In this document: positions 51,478-64,000 of the stretch, piece by piece | Layout: each line of letters opens with the position of its first letter | Position numbering within the stretch: position 1 is the stretch's first letter | Source of the DNA: Narcine bancroftii | Taxonomy: Eukaryota | Length of the DNA stretch: 64,000 bases | Reading direction: 5' to 3' | NCBI RefSeq assembly: GCF_036971445.1 | Contig: NC_091476.1 | Coordinates: 20,708,001-20,772,000, forward strand | Translations under genes and position numbers: made by a program | Notes under the pieces: model-generated | Seen by the model: the letters and a program-made list of their open reading frames with translations, nothing else | What the model was told of the DNA's origin: nothing | Database searches by the model: none

Positions 51478-54255
51478 TTCTTGCAAGGAATAGACTGAAT
51501 AAGATATTGAATTCTAGGAAATATATTCATTTTAATATTATTAACACGTCCTATTAATGTTATAGGTAAATCTTTCCACCGATTCAAATCATCATTAATT
51601 TTAGACAGTAAAGATAGGTAATTAACTTCATACATATGATTAAATTAGTATCTATCTTAATACCTAAATACTTAATCCAATCTGACCACTTAAATTTGAC
51701 AATATGCCTGTACTGAGAATAATCTATTTCAGATCAAGTCATAATTTCACTCTTTTCCAAGTTAATTTGAGAAGCCAATACTTCACCGGACTACTTCAAT
51801 CTATCATGCAGACTCTCCAAAGATTTCAAAGCTTGTTAAATATATCAAAATGTCATCTGCAAACAAATTTATTTGATATTCATCAGCTTTCACCTTAATA
51901 CCTTTAATATTACGATCTTGTCAAATCATCTGAGCCAAAGAATCAGTAACTAATGCAAATAGAGCTGGTGACAAAGGGCAGTCTTGCCTAGTCGATCTGG
52001 ATAACATAAAAGGTGAAGATATGTGTCCATTTGACACAACTCTAGCAGTAGGTCTTCTATAGAAAGCCTTAATCCAACCAATTAAAAAAACACCCAAAAT
52101 TAAATTTCTCCAAAACTTTAAATAAAAAACTCCATTCCACTCTATCAAAAGCCTTTTCTGCATCGAGAGGAATTACCATTGGTTGGTCAGATTGTTCCCG
52201 AGAAACATTAATTAAAGAAATCAATTTTACAATATTGCCTGCTGAATATCAATTTTTAATAATACCTGCTTGATTTACATGAATTAAATCTGGTAAATAT
52301 TTAGCTAATCTATTAGCTAGAATCTTGGCAACAATTTCATAATCTACATTCAATAAAGAAATAGGTCTATAAGACCCTTCTTTTAATGGGTCCCTATCCT
52401 TCTTAAGAATCTATAATAATTGCTTTAGAAAAAGAATATGAAAAAGAACAAACCTCTATGGCCTGTTTCAATACATCCATCAATAAAGAAATTAATAAGT
52501 CCTGAAATTCTTTATAAAATTCAGAAGTAAAACCATTATCTCCTGGAGACTTCCCACTAGGCATAGATCAAAGTGCATCCATCACTTCTTTTACAGTAAA
52601 GGAAGCATCTAAATCCTTGATATCCTTATCCTTCAAAAAAGGTAAAGCTAAATCAGATTTTAAAAATTAATTTTGGCTTCATCTTCCAACACTTCAGAAG
52701 AATACAATTTTTAATAAAATTTACAATACTCATCATTAATTTCTTGAGGTTTATATGTAATCATTGAATCATGTCTAATAGCATTTATTGTTCTAGAAGC
52801 TTGCTCTGTTTTTAAATGCCAAGCTAAGACTTTATGAGTTCCCTCACCAACTCATAATATCGTTGTTTAGTTCTCTGTAATTAACTTGGATGTATGCATT
52901 AGGAGGTTTGCAACTTCCTAATTTTCAGAATTATTATGAATCAGCACAGTTGAAATTTATTAACAGGATATTTGAAGTGGATAAACCTTTGATATGGGCT
53001 AATATTTAATTATCTTAGATTGGTGAGAAGAAGATGGATCAGTTTATTTATAGATGGGATTCTCAGTTATTAAGTAATTATAATTTGCCCGAGTTGAAAC
53101 ATTTAATGGAATTATGGAATTTAAAAAAATGAAATTATAGGTCTTCAAGGTAAAATTTCAGGTAAACCTCCTTTGTTTCAAAATAAGCTTTTTTCTTTTA
53201 CACTTAATAATCAACTTTTGAAGTTGTGGGATTAAATTAGTAGAAGATTGTTATGAAGCAGATATTTTATTCGACTCCAAAGAATGAGAGAAAAATATGA
53301 AATATCTTTGAACTCTTTTATTGTTTATGAAATTAAAGCCCTATTGTTGGATAATTTTGAGCGTATGTTACAGCTACCCAGGTGTTTAAAATTTGAAATT
53401 TTACTTACTGATGGGGGCAAGAAAGGATTTATATCAGAGATATATGCTTTATTGCAGAATAAAATGCTTAAGTCGGATGTTTATAAATCTAAATTAAAGT
53501 GGGAAAAAGATTTGTCCATATCTATCTCTCAGGATGATTTGATGAATCTATGTGAGGATAGTATGACTAAAATTGTAAATGTAAGGTACAGATTGGTTCA
53601 TTATAATTTTCTTTAATTATATTTCACCCTGAGAAATTAAAGAAATATAAATTTATAGATGTCATAAGGAAGTTGGTTCTGTTTTACATTCTACTTGGTT
53701 ATGTGAGATGGTGAAACCTTTTTTGGGGTAGACTTAAAAAAGTCTTAGAAACTACTTTTAAATTGAAAATTCCACTTGATCCTTTAGAATTTTTATTGGG
53801 TTATATTAAGAAATTGAGTTTTGAGTTAAAATTAAATACATTTCAAATTGCTTTTTTGAGATTAGCCTTACCTGTGGCTAGAAAATGTTTGGCAATTACT
53901 TGAAAGAATGAGACTAATTTGAGTATTCAGCACTGGAAAAAAATAACAATTTACATAATTTTTTTTGTTAAAACTTGGAGCCTGTATTTGGAATAAATGG
54001 GGTTGAATTATTAATTTTCTTCCTACGTATTGATTGTGTTGCTACAAACCATGGCAAACAACTGATTGAGAGTTTTATGTTATGTGATCTCCTCTCCTTT
54101 CTTTTCTTTATTTTTCTTTTTGGGGTAGTTTAGAGGGGGGTGGGGAGGGGTGGGTGGGTTAGGGTAGGGGGTTGTAGGGGGTATATTTGCAAAATCATCA
54201 TGTATGTATTTTTATTGTATGATTTATCATTATTAATACATTTTAAAAATTTAAA
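51478..54255 (+). mobile_element. decayed L1-clade LINE with 5' inversion (51478-52880 minus, 52881-54255 plus)
   Basis: Minus part is RT (TRQDCPLSPALFAL, KMNIFPRIQY); plus part resumes at LTWMYALGGLQLPNF and runs to a G-rich 3' UTR and A-rich tail. Confidence 0.88.
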
Positions 54256-54849
54256 AGTTAGCCCTGTACACTAAGCCACACTGTTACTTTAATAGAGCTT
54301 CTCTGATTAATTATGTGTCCTGCAGCAGCTCAGTGATTCCAACAAATCCCACTTCAGCCTCAACAATATCTTGGAGCAGAACAAGGGAAGATAAATGAAC
54401 ATGAATAGACCCCACAAACTTTTCAAAAATGGAGTCTCAAAACATTTCAAACTCATTGGGCTAGGCAACAAAGGAACAATTATCCAAGGATTGTTTGTTA
54501 CAACAAAAACAAGCATTGTATGTCAACTGAATGTTCATAAATCATGAAATACCTTCATATTCCATTTAGAAATAAAGACCATGAGAAATGTGACTCATTC
54601 ATAACCAACAATAGAATGATGGTACTAAATTTTATTAAAAGTATCTACAAAGTTGCAAATAACAGCAGTGGGCCTGAAGATGGGGAGATATTTTAGAAAT
54701 CAGTAAAGGATCATTGAAAGATTTACAACGAGGGAGATAGTGGAATGTAAAAGTATAATTGTAAGAGGTTCTGAAATGTGAAAATGCAAAGGCAAAAAAA
54801 ATGATTGTCTCTAAGTACTACTTCTCTTTAAACATGAATAGTGGCCTAA

Positions 54850-57800
54850 GCCATTAAGTGAGTGACAGTGTCGGTTCAGCTACAATGAGATTCTTCATCT
54901 CCCCTGAACAGAATTAACAAAAAAAAACCATAACCTCACGTATGATAAGCTTCTTCCAAATCTTTGTTCACTTTGCTCATCCTCAATCAAGATCTCTTCA
55001 AAATCACTTGATTCCTTTTGTTGCATCTCTTCCAATCAATCTTTCTGCACTTTCTTCTTTTTCTCCTTCTAAACCCCATTACCATTCTTCTTAGTAACTC
55101 CATTCATTTTTTTGTGCTTGAGAAGATGAAGACCAACCTTTCTTAAGATCAGCCAAAGAATTAGCAAAAATCAATGCATCTCCATCATCCTCAAAAAAAA
55201 TTGATTCATATTCCCCATAAAAAAATCTTTTAAGATAGCAGGGAATCTAAAAGCAAATTTATAACCCTTCTGCTAGATGACTGTTTTCACCGAATTAAAT
55301 TCTTTACGTCTTTTGGCTAAGATCCGCCGTTACGAGCCCAAAGGACCCCAAAACCAAGACAAATAGTTACTTTAAAAAGTTGGTTTTTTTTAAATCATCT
55401 TTAAACATGAAAACAGAATCAAACTTTAACTTATCTCTATTAACTTAACTAATCCAAATTAACTCCCTTCTAAATCTAAGTGCACGTGTATGATGTGTGT
55501 GTAATTTTTTTTTAAAAAGTTCTTTGGTTCACAGTTCAATCTCACTTCACATTCTTCCAAGTTCATTGGTTGCAGGCAATTCGTATACTGTGCACAGAAT
55601 TTAACATGTATAAAGTTCACCAGGCTTTGGTGCTCGAAAGGTAAATGTTTACCGCTCAGTAAGGTTCTTTGTAGGTTTGCAGAGAGAGATTTGTTGTTCC
55701 AGGATTTCCACAACTGAGGTACCACCATTGGTCACCTCAATGTCTTCCTGATGAAACTTTCCCCATCAGGGTTCTCCAGATGATAACCTCTTTTTTTCAG
55801 GCGACCACAGATTTCCTTTCTGCTCCATTTATTCCAAGAGACACATCAGACAAATAGCACATCCAGCCATCTGCCGCTCTGGAGCCGCGTTTCAATTCCA
55901 ACAAGCCTCCCGCCTGCCTCAGCTGTGACCGCTCAGTCCTTCGGTCTCTTCATCCTCCAACTGCCAGAAAGCCCATGTGACTCTCCCACCTGCAAAAAAA
56001 ACCCCCACCTTCTTCAGCAAACAACAGGAGCTATCCTTCTGTTCCCATCCGCTTGCCCCAGGCAAACAAACTTCTCAAGAGTGACCCCTCCGCGCAATTT
56101 GCAGAAAGATCAGAAGCCTTGCAAAAATGCTCAACACAGATGACCCATCTCCAGTCGACACACCCGATGACATCATTTCAATCAGCAGCCATCTGTGAAA
56201 TGTGTACAGCACTGTCTCTGCAATGCCCACTGAATACGAATTCCTCAGCACTCCAAATAAGATCTGCCTCAAAATGTGTGAATGCATGTAACCTACCCCA
56301 ATTCCACCAAACGATCCCAATATTTATCTATATCACACCGCATAGAAAAAACTCTTCTATTCTGGACCATCAATGGACCTCCATTCCATGTTGCTCTGCA
56401 TTTTGAACTGCCAATCTTAAAATTAGTTCCCTATCCTGATACCATAAGCACCTAATCAAAACAGATCAGGCAAATTTAAAAAAAAGGTTTCCTTCTCAGT
56501 GCTCTATGGGTCCAATTCCTGTCCATTTGGAAACATTTCCACTCCCAAGTCATCAGGTATTGATTTTTGAAAAAAATTAACTGGTTCAGAGCCTTCAAAA
56601 TCTTCTGGTAAACCCACTATCTTCACATTATTTCTCCGGCTCTGATTCTCCAATTAATCAATTTTCTTCAGTAAATCACTCTTCTCAATCCTCCATCCGG
56701 TAAAAGAATCATCAAAAGTATTCAACTTTTGTTGACACTGATCGATATCACAAACACAATCTTCCAACTTATCTTCCATCTTTTCAACCTTCTCTTGAAC
56801 TTTATCCACAACTTTTGCATATTTTGCAACATCAGCTTTAACAGTTGAAATATCTTCCATCACATTTGAAAGCTTATTATTAACAGATGTAAAGCCCAAA
56901 GAAATCTGCTGTGACATTGCTTGGAATTGTAACTCAAAATAGTCTTTATATCTAGATGAATGCCTACCCTGGGCTGCAACAGGTTTCCCTTGTATTTCTT
57001 CCTGTTCACTAAGTTGTATTTCTTCTTTTGAACTGGATTCTTGGAATTCTTCCACTGCTCCTGCTGCTCCAGCTCCCATTTCCTCTTCCTCCATTACAGT
57101 TACTTCACATGCGCGAAGACTCTGTTTCCACAGAACATCATTTCCCGTTGGCGCCATCTTGACCAGGGATAGCCCAGGCGCCAGCGTTACCCTCGGAGTA
57201 GCCAGTTGTCAGTGCTGGGAACGAGTAACATTACTCGAGTTATCTGTTCCAGCTCCAAGGTAGGCCGAACTTCTTCCAAGCTCACCGATTGCTTCAAAAT
57301 CAGTTTTTTCAATAGTTTGAGCTCTCTTTTTTTAATGATTATTTTCAACTATTCCAATAATACACTGTTCAAGTTCATATATTTAAAAAGGCATTTATAG
57401 ACGTTTTTATACAAATCTGTTGGGAGAGATGACCACCCACGTCTCTCTCCTACATCATCACGCCACGCCCCCTTACTTACTGTTGAAAAATGCTAAATTT
57501 TGTAAATATATTAATGAACAAATTCAACAGTTATAAAGTATAAATAGAGATTCTGTGTTGAGTAAGTTTGTAGTATGGGATGCTTTAAAAGCATTTTTAA
57601 GGGGTCAGATTATTAGTTTTACAGATAAACTTAAAAAGCAAGATTTAGCTGGTTGATAAGTTAGAGAAAAATATAAATATTTTGGAAAAAGGGTTACAGA
57701 GGAGTACATTAGATAAAGAAAAAAAAGCTCAATTAGATTCTATGAAACTGAAATGTAAACATTACAAACTCCTAGAGTTGAATGTTTATTGCAAAGATCT

Positions 57801-60750
57801 AAACAAAAATTATTGAGTTAGGGGAAAAGGCACAAAGTTTTGGTGTGACAATTGAAATCTGATCAAATATTTAGAACGATTAAGGCAGTTAGAAAAAATT
57901 CAAAAATTTCTTACAAGATGAACAGTTTAAGGAATTTTATATTAAAAAATTATATACTTCTGAAGTGCAACAGAACCAAAATGAAATAGATGTTTTTTTA
58001 AATAAGTTGCAGTTACCTATATTAAATGATTGGACTAAGGAACAATTGGAGAAGCCAATAGATTTGAAAGAAATTATGTTGGTTCTTAATTCAATGCCAA
58101 ATGGTAAATCTCCACGAGAGGATGGTTTTACTGTGGAATTTTATAAGAAATTTCAAAAATTGTTGCTTTCAGTGTTTGTTGACGTTTTACAGCAAGTTAG
58201 AGATACACAATCTGTACCAGAATCTTTTTCACAGGCTCTTATAACAGTAATTCTTAAAGATGAAGATCCTTTGAATCCTGGGTCTTATAGGCCAATTTCA
58301 TTATTAAATGTTGATTATAAGCTTTTGACTAAGATTTTGGCTAATAGGTTAGTGCAATATTTACCTAAGTTGATTCATATTGATCAAATGGGTTTTATAA
58401 AGGGAAGATGCTCTGCTGATAAAGTACTTAAATTAATTAGTTTAATTAATATTTCATGGGAGAAATTCAACTTACCAATGATCTTACCAATGGTCTTATC
58501 ATTGGATGCCAAAAAGGCATTTGAAAGGGTGGAATGGTTTTTTTTTTAATTTAAAGTATTCGAAAATTTTCAGTCTGGACCAACGTTTATAAGTTGGAAT
58601 AAGGCAGTACATAAACAACCAAAAGCTAGAGTTATGACAAATGGCCTTCTATCTGATTATTTTAATTTAGAGAGATCCACGAGACAGCGTTGCCCTCTTT
58701 CACCAGCATTATTTGCATTGGTGATTGAACCATTAGCTCAATTAATAAGGCAGGAAAGGAATATGAAGGGTATTAAAACAGGATTGGACGAATTTAAGAT
58801 TAGTTTATTTGCGGATGATGTGTTGATTTACTTAACTGTACTACAGGAGTCGTTGAAAGTGTTACAGGATAGTTTAATACAATATGGAGAATTATCAGGG
58901 TATAAAGTGAATTGGAATAAAAGTGAACTTATGCCATTGTCTTAAGCTGATTATTCTGTTTGTAAAGGAGTAGTACATTTTAAATGGACTTATCAAAATA
59001 AGTATTTAGGTATTAAAATAAATAGACATATAGATCATTTATATGATTTAAATTATTCTCCATTAATCTCTGTAATCAAAGAGGATTTAAATAAATGGAA
59101 ATATTTACTGTTAACTTTATTTGGTAGGGTGAATTGTATAAAAATGAATATATTTCCTAGACTTCAGTATTTTTTTCAAACTATTCCTTGTAATATTCCT
59201 AAAATGTTTTTTAAAGATTTGAATACAGTCGTTAGGACATTTTTATGGAAGGACAAATTAGCAAGGAGTTTCTATTCATAGGTTAACATGGAAATATGAA
59301 TTAGGAGGAAAACAACTTCCAATTTTTAAAAAAATGATTATAAGGCTACCCAATTAAAATTTATTAATAGAATGTTTGATTTGGATAGGCCTTTGACTTG
59401 GGCAGATATAGAATTAAATAGAATTGGTGAAGATAGAAGAGATGAATTAGTTTATAAATGGAATGTTAAATTATTGAGTTTTTATAAATTGCTAATTTTA
59501 TCTCATTTGATGAGATATATTAAAAAATTGGTACTCAAGGTAAAATATCTAGATATACTCCTTTGTATTGGAATTAACTTTTTCCTTTTATGGTTGATAA
59601 TTACCTTTTTAAGATTTGGGACCACAAAGGGATTAAGATAATAAATAATTGTTATGAATTAAGTCAGTTTCTGTCATTTGAAAGAATGAAAGAAAGATAT
59701 CAAATACCAACTCGGACTCTTTTTTGTTATTATCATATTAAATAAACTTAACATAATTATTCTGGGAAGAATTTGTTTTTACTTAAAGAGTTGAAATTTG
59801 AAATATTGGTTCGTGATGGAGGGAAGAAAGGTTTTATTTCTGAAATGTATAAATTATTGCAACAGAAAATGCATAAAATTGATCTGCAAAAATCAAGACT
59901 TAAATTGGAGAAAGATTTGGGAGTTGATTTGATAGAGATCATTGGAATATTATTTGTAATGATAGTATGACATAAATTATAAATGTTACATATAGGCTTG
60001 TAACTCATAACTTTATACATCAATAATATTTGACTCCGGAGCATTTGAAAAGATATAATTTGAGTTTTTCTGATTTGTATTTTCGATGTAATGGTCAGAA
60101 AGATACGTTTTTACATTAAGTATTGTCTTGTTAAACCCTTTTGGTGTTGGGTTAAGGATTGTTTACAGAATATTTTGAAAATAAAATTTTCTTTACATCC
60201 AAAATATTTTAAAAATTGGGGATATTAGTGAGTTTTGTTTGTTTTATGAATTTGATAAATTTCAAATGGATTTTTTGAGATTGTCATTGGCGAGGAAATG
60301 CATAGCTATTTCGTGTAAAGATCTGATGGAACCTAAATTACAGAAATGGCATTTAGAATTAAGGTCTTGTATCCCATTAGAGAAGATAACATATAATTTG
60401 TGGGATAAATATTATGTTTTTAAAAAGATTTGGAGCCCATATTTGGACTATTTCTATTGGAAAATTAGAAGAAGGTGATCTGGTTGTAGTGGGGTTTCCT
60501 TATTCCACGATAAAATAATTGGTGTCTTGGTATTCGCCTCTTTTTTCTTTTTGTTTCTTCTTTAGGGGTTAGGTAGGGATAGGGGTAAGATTAGAGGGTG
60601 GGATGTATTTGTAGGGGTGGGGGTGGAGGGGTTTTGGTTTTCTCTTAGCTTTTTTAGTTTTTAAAAAATATAAACCATGTTAGAATTAGGATTATATTGT
60701 ATCATTGTATTATTGTAACTATGGTTGTTTTTCTTTTTTTTTTAAAAAAC
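54850..60750 (+). mobile_element. decayed L1-clade LINE with inverted 5' UTR + ORF1 (about 54850-57472 minus) and ORF2/3' UTR (57473-60750 plus)
   Basis: Minus strand: 5' end GGGGGCGTGGCGTGATG, coiled-coil ORF1, RRNNVKIVGLPE, FFYADLS. Plus strand: post-EN ORF2, YRPISLLN, LDAKKAF, LFADD, LEKITYNL. Outer edges approximate. Confidence 0.88.
55328..56337. mobile_element. solo LTR (about 1 kb) inserted in L1 ORF1
   Basis: 4-bp TSD ccgc at 55324-55327 and 56338-56341; termini (c)GTTAC...TCACA; removing it restores ORF1 FFYADLSQKT. Confidence 0.8.
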
Positions 60751-61338
60751 TGTCTCTTTTGCAGTATAGATAGGGAAATTAATTCTGAGAAATCAAGAAA
60801 GGGCAGTGATGTTCAACAAGTAATTGATATCAGTCTTCAAAACTGAAAGGCTATTAAAATTAAATGATAACTAAAAGGGCACAAGAATACAGGTACTAGG
60901 AAAATTAATTGGAAATGAAAGTTGACAATTCCATAGAGAGTGTTGAGAGCTTGCCGTAATCTCAGAATAAGTGGTCAGCTATTTGACAGATGCAGGGAGG
61001 ATAACTGAGAGAAAAGATGTTTTTACTTGTATTTACTTGCAATCATTCAAATTACAGCACATGAAAGTGACATTAAATGTCATCACAATTATTTTAAAAT
61101 AAATTTCCATGATGTAAAGAATAAGTATTTATGGTACTTGCATTCACGCGGTCTGTCAAATGACAGATAAAGAACAAATTGCTTTAATATATAATGAGTT
61201 TGATTTCTAGCAAATGTATTGCAACTAATTGTGGTTATAGTGCATACACAAGATAAAAATGTAAATAATCATTTTGAAATTCTCTAAATAAAATCACATA
61301 AAGCACCCAATGAATTTTCAAATATATTTCAAACTCAC

Positions 61339-61418
61339 CAATATTTGTCTTTTTAATGACACTTCAGTGGGATCTGTACAATCGCTCAAACAGACCAGCT
61401 TGCAGGCTACATGACGCA
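61339..61418 (-). CDS. TEX11: TEX11 exon (L)RHVACKLVCLSDCTDPTEVSLKRQIL
   Basis: ttttcag|TG...TTG|gtgagt; 80 nt; phase 1 to 0. Confidence 0.92.
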
Positions 61419-61961
61419 CTGAAAATTAAAAGGTTTACATACATATTGTTAGACACCATGCACTAAATAGCTCCTTTCCATTTCAGGACTACCCATTTTA
61501 CAAAGGAAACAAAAATGACTGCAGATGCTAGAAAATTGGAGCAACACACGAAATAAACTGTCTCTTGTCTTTCGTGGATGCTGCCTGACCCATTGAGGTC
61601 CAAACATTTTTTTTTGTCCTGCTCCAGTTTTCAAGCTATGGTAAAACTGCACCAACGTTTCATTTTCGTTGATACTCCAGTAGGCAATCACCAAAATTTC
61701 AAATCTAAATGAACCAAAATAACCAAGTGTTCCAAAATATAGGGAACTGCAGGCCAGTGAGCTTAACGTCAGTCACAGGTAAGTTAAGTTACACAGGCAG
61801 GGAGGAGGAGGGGGAAAAGAGGGAGATTTATAAAATCAAAAGTACTTCTGCTGAAAAGTTTGAATACAAATCAAATTTTATGTATAAAAATTTACTTGCT
61901 TACAAGAGAGTGCAGGTCAGCTAGTCAATTGCAGAAAAATAAACTTTTAGCAAATACTCAC

Positions 61962-62046
61962 ACTTTGTTCTTTGCTCTTCATTAATTGAAGATTCCAGTC
62001 TTCTGGTTACTGCCCAGTTCCAAAGGTTAATGGCACACTCTTCCAT
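61962..62046 (-). CDS. TEX11: TEX11 exon MEECAINLWNWAVTRRLESSINEEQRTK
   Basis: ttcaaag|ATG...AAG T|gtgagt; 85 nt; resembles TEX11 IEEMAVNLWNWA..NEEQK. Confidence 0.92.
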
Positions 62047-62089
62047 CTTTGAACAAAACATTTTATAACTTTTCTGTGCACTTTCCTTC

Positions 62090-62870
62090 TGCAAAATGCA
62101 TCATCTTACATTTATCTTAATGGAACTCTCTCCCATTTGTTCCCCAAATTTTCAACTGATAAATATCCTTTCGCAACCTTCCTTGTGATCCACAATGCCA
62201 TCAATTTTTTTGTGTCATCTACACACTGACTCATCAGACCACCAACATTTTCATCCAAATAATTGATATACATTACAACCAACAGATTTTCCAGCACTGA
62301 CCCTTGTGGAATATCGTATTTCACACCCACAGTCAGAAAAAGACCTCTTTGTCCTCTGTGTCTAAATCACTTATGGATCCAATTTACAAACTTACCATAT
62401 GACTTAATGTTCTGGACCACCCAATCATGAGGGACTTTGTAAAATGCTTTATAATGTCCACAGAGATATCTGCTATCCCAGTCACAGCAATCGTAACTTC
62501 CACAAAAATTTGAGAGATAGAATCTCCTCACATAAAGCTATGTTGGTTACAAAGTACATGCCTTTAAAATAAATCAATCCTGCCCCTAAGAATCTTCTCC
62601 AATGACTTCCATACCAGAGGGAAGGCTTGCTAGCCTATAATTTCCTTATTTGTCCCAGTTGCACTTCTTAAAGAGAGGAAAAACACTGGCTATTCTCTCA
62701 TCTTTTGGCACCTTGGATATAAATAAGCCTCAGCATTATCCACCCATCTGGATATTATCCACCTTAATATTTTTAATAACATCTAACCTCTCCTCCTTAA
62801 TAACGATATGCCCCATCAACATTCTCTTCTGAAATCTCACCATCATCAATGCCCTTGTTCTTTGTAAATA
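62090..62870 (-). mobile_element. decayed CR1 RT fragment
   Basis: DIPQGSVL..LL.VMYIN.LD...DDTK in ORF 62112..62330. Confidence 0.75.
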
Positions 62871-63004
62871 AAAACCTAGTCCTACAAGAAACCACATCAA
62901 CATTTCATACATGTATACTGCTTATATTTAATTTGACTTCCCCTTCCAATAATGATCAGTTCATTTTTATTTTCATTAAACTGGTACTCTGTGTCCACCT
63001 GATG

Positions 63005-64000
63005 AATGGGCCCCCGGCATAACGTAGCCAAGGTGAACCCACAGAAGACAATGGGACCAGACAACATGCCTGGTCAGGGAGTGAAGGTCTGTGCAGACCG
63101 ACTGATGGAGGTACTTATGGACATCATCAACGCGTCATTGCAGCAGTCCATCATCCTCATGGTTTTCTAGACAGCCACCATCATCCTTTTACTAAAGAGG
63201 GCAATAGTAACAGGCCTTAACGCCCACCACCCTGTGGCAATGACCTCCACCATTATGAAATGCTTTGAGCATCTGACGATGGTACACATCAAAGCACAGC
63301 TTCCAGAGATACTGGACCTGAACTGTTCCACTGATGACGCGACAGCCTTGGCCCTCCACAATGTACTGACCCACCTGGAGAATAACACCTCATGTCAGGC
63401 TGTTCATCGACTTCAGCTCAGTGTTTAATTCCCCAGATGCTGTTGGAGAAACACTTCTCTCTGGGACTTAATATCTCTCTCTGTAACTGGATTCTGTCCA
63501 GGTCAGTAGCAGAATTTTTAACACCGTTACGATGAGCACTGTCGCACCTCAGGGCTGTGTTCAGCTCCTGTTCATGCTACTGACCTTTGACTGCAAAACT
63601 TGTCCAGCTCCAAAAGAGTCATCAAATTTGTAGATAACACAACAGTATTTGGCAACAACAATGAGCAACAAGAACAGAGAAGAGGTGAAAAATCTCATGT
63701 TATGGTGTGAGAATAGCAACCCGAGCCTCAATAAAGACAAGAAAATGAGATGATTGTGGATTTCAGGAGGACTAGGGATAACCACCCTCCATTACATATC
63801 AATAACACTGTAGTGCAGTGAGTAGAGAGCACTAGTTCCTTGGAGTCAACTAATGTAGTGACCTAACCTGAACATACATTCCTCAATTGTTAGGAAGGAG
63901 CAACTGCACTTCCTGAAAAGACTGAGGCTGGCCACCATTCTGTCAACTTTCTTCAGGAGCTCTAGCATAGTGTTGTATGGTTCTTATGGAGCATTGGATT
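63005..64000 (+). mobile_element. decayed Rex1/Babar-like RT fragment
   Basis: VAMTSTIMKCFE, STDDATALALH, LFIDFSSVFN, APQGC. Confidence 0.8.

Larger units (their letters stand above)
1625..62046 (-). other. TEX11: TEX11 (ZIP4/Spo22 orthologue) gene span, 17 internal coding exons; 5' and 3' ends outside window
   Basis: Manually spliced exons give one continuous frame, colinear with recalled vertebrate TEX11 motifs (NLWNWA, HVACKL, CYNFG.ET, SYDIGKMD, LRLLA, GLFLK.KIL, NYT.ALQWY, LSLAAQ.ALE). All junctions are AG/GT with matching phases. Confidence 0.95.

Noticed and set aside
54130-54185. G-quadruplex-like G-rich tract (also 60560-60635)
   Set aside because: Ordinary feature of L1 3' UTRs, already explained by the annotated elements.

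Overview
Eukaryotic, AT-rich, repeat-dense vertebrate DNA. The V-SINE, CR1, Rex1/Babar, RTE, L1/Tx1 and Penelope complement suggests a cartilaginous fish, probably a ray (inference). The whole window lies inside one minus-strand gene that I recognise as TEX11 (ZIP4/Spo22 orthologue, meiotic TPR protein). I traced 17 consecutive coding exons from 62046 down to 1625, all AG/GT-bounded and phase-compatible (1589 nt, about 530 aa); both gene ends lie outside the window. The introns are mostly transposons: a Gypsy 5' end with an open gag (1-953), a complete decayed Gypsy provirus nested in a CR1 and carrying an RTE insertion (19820-24927), a full-length L1-clade element with a 17-bp TSD inside a Rex1/Babar copy (36039-41905), three LINEs with twin-priming-type 5' inversions, solo LTRs, MITEs and SINEs. 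I found no convincing new multi-gene system. The best unexplained signals are a pre-miRNA-sized intronic hairpin (28736-28795), a decayed duplicate of a TEX11 exon (7390-7445), a 1.3-kb apparently perfect 14-bp tandem array that is stop-free on the transcribed strand (26272-27574), and degenerate Penelope-type hammerhead ribozyme motifs. Family names come from recall of motifs, not database searches.
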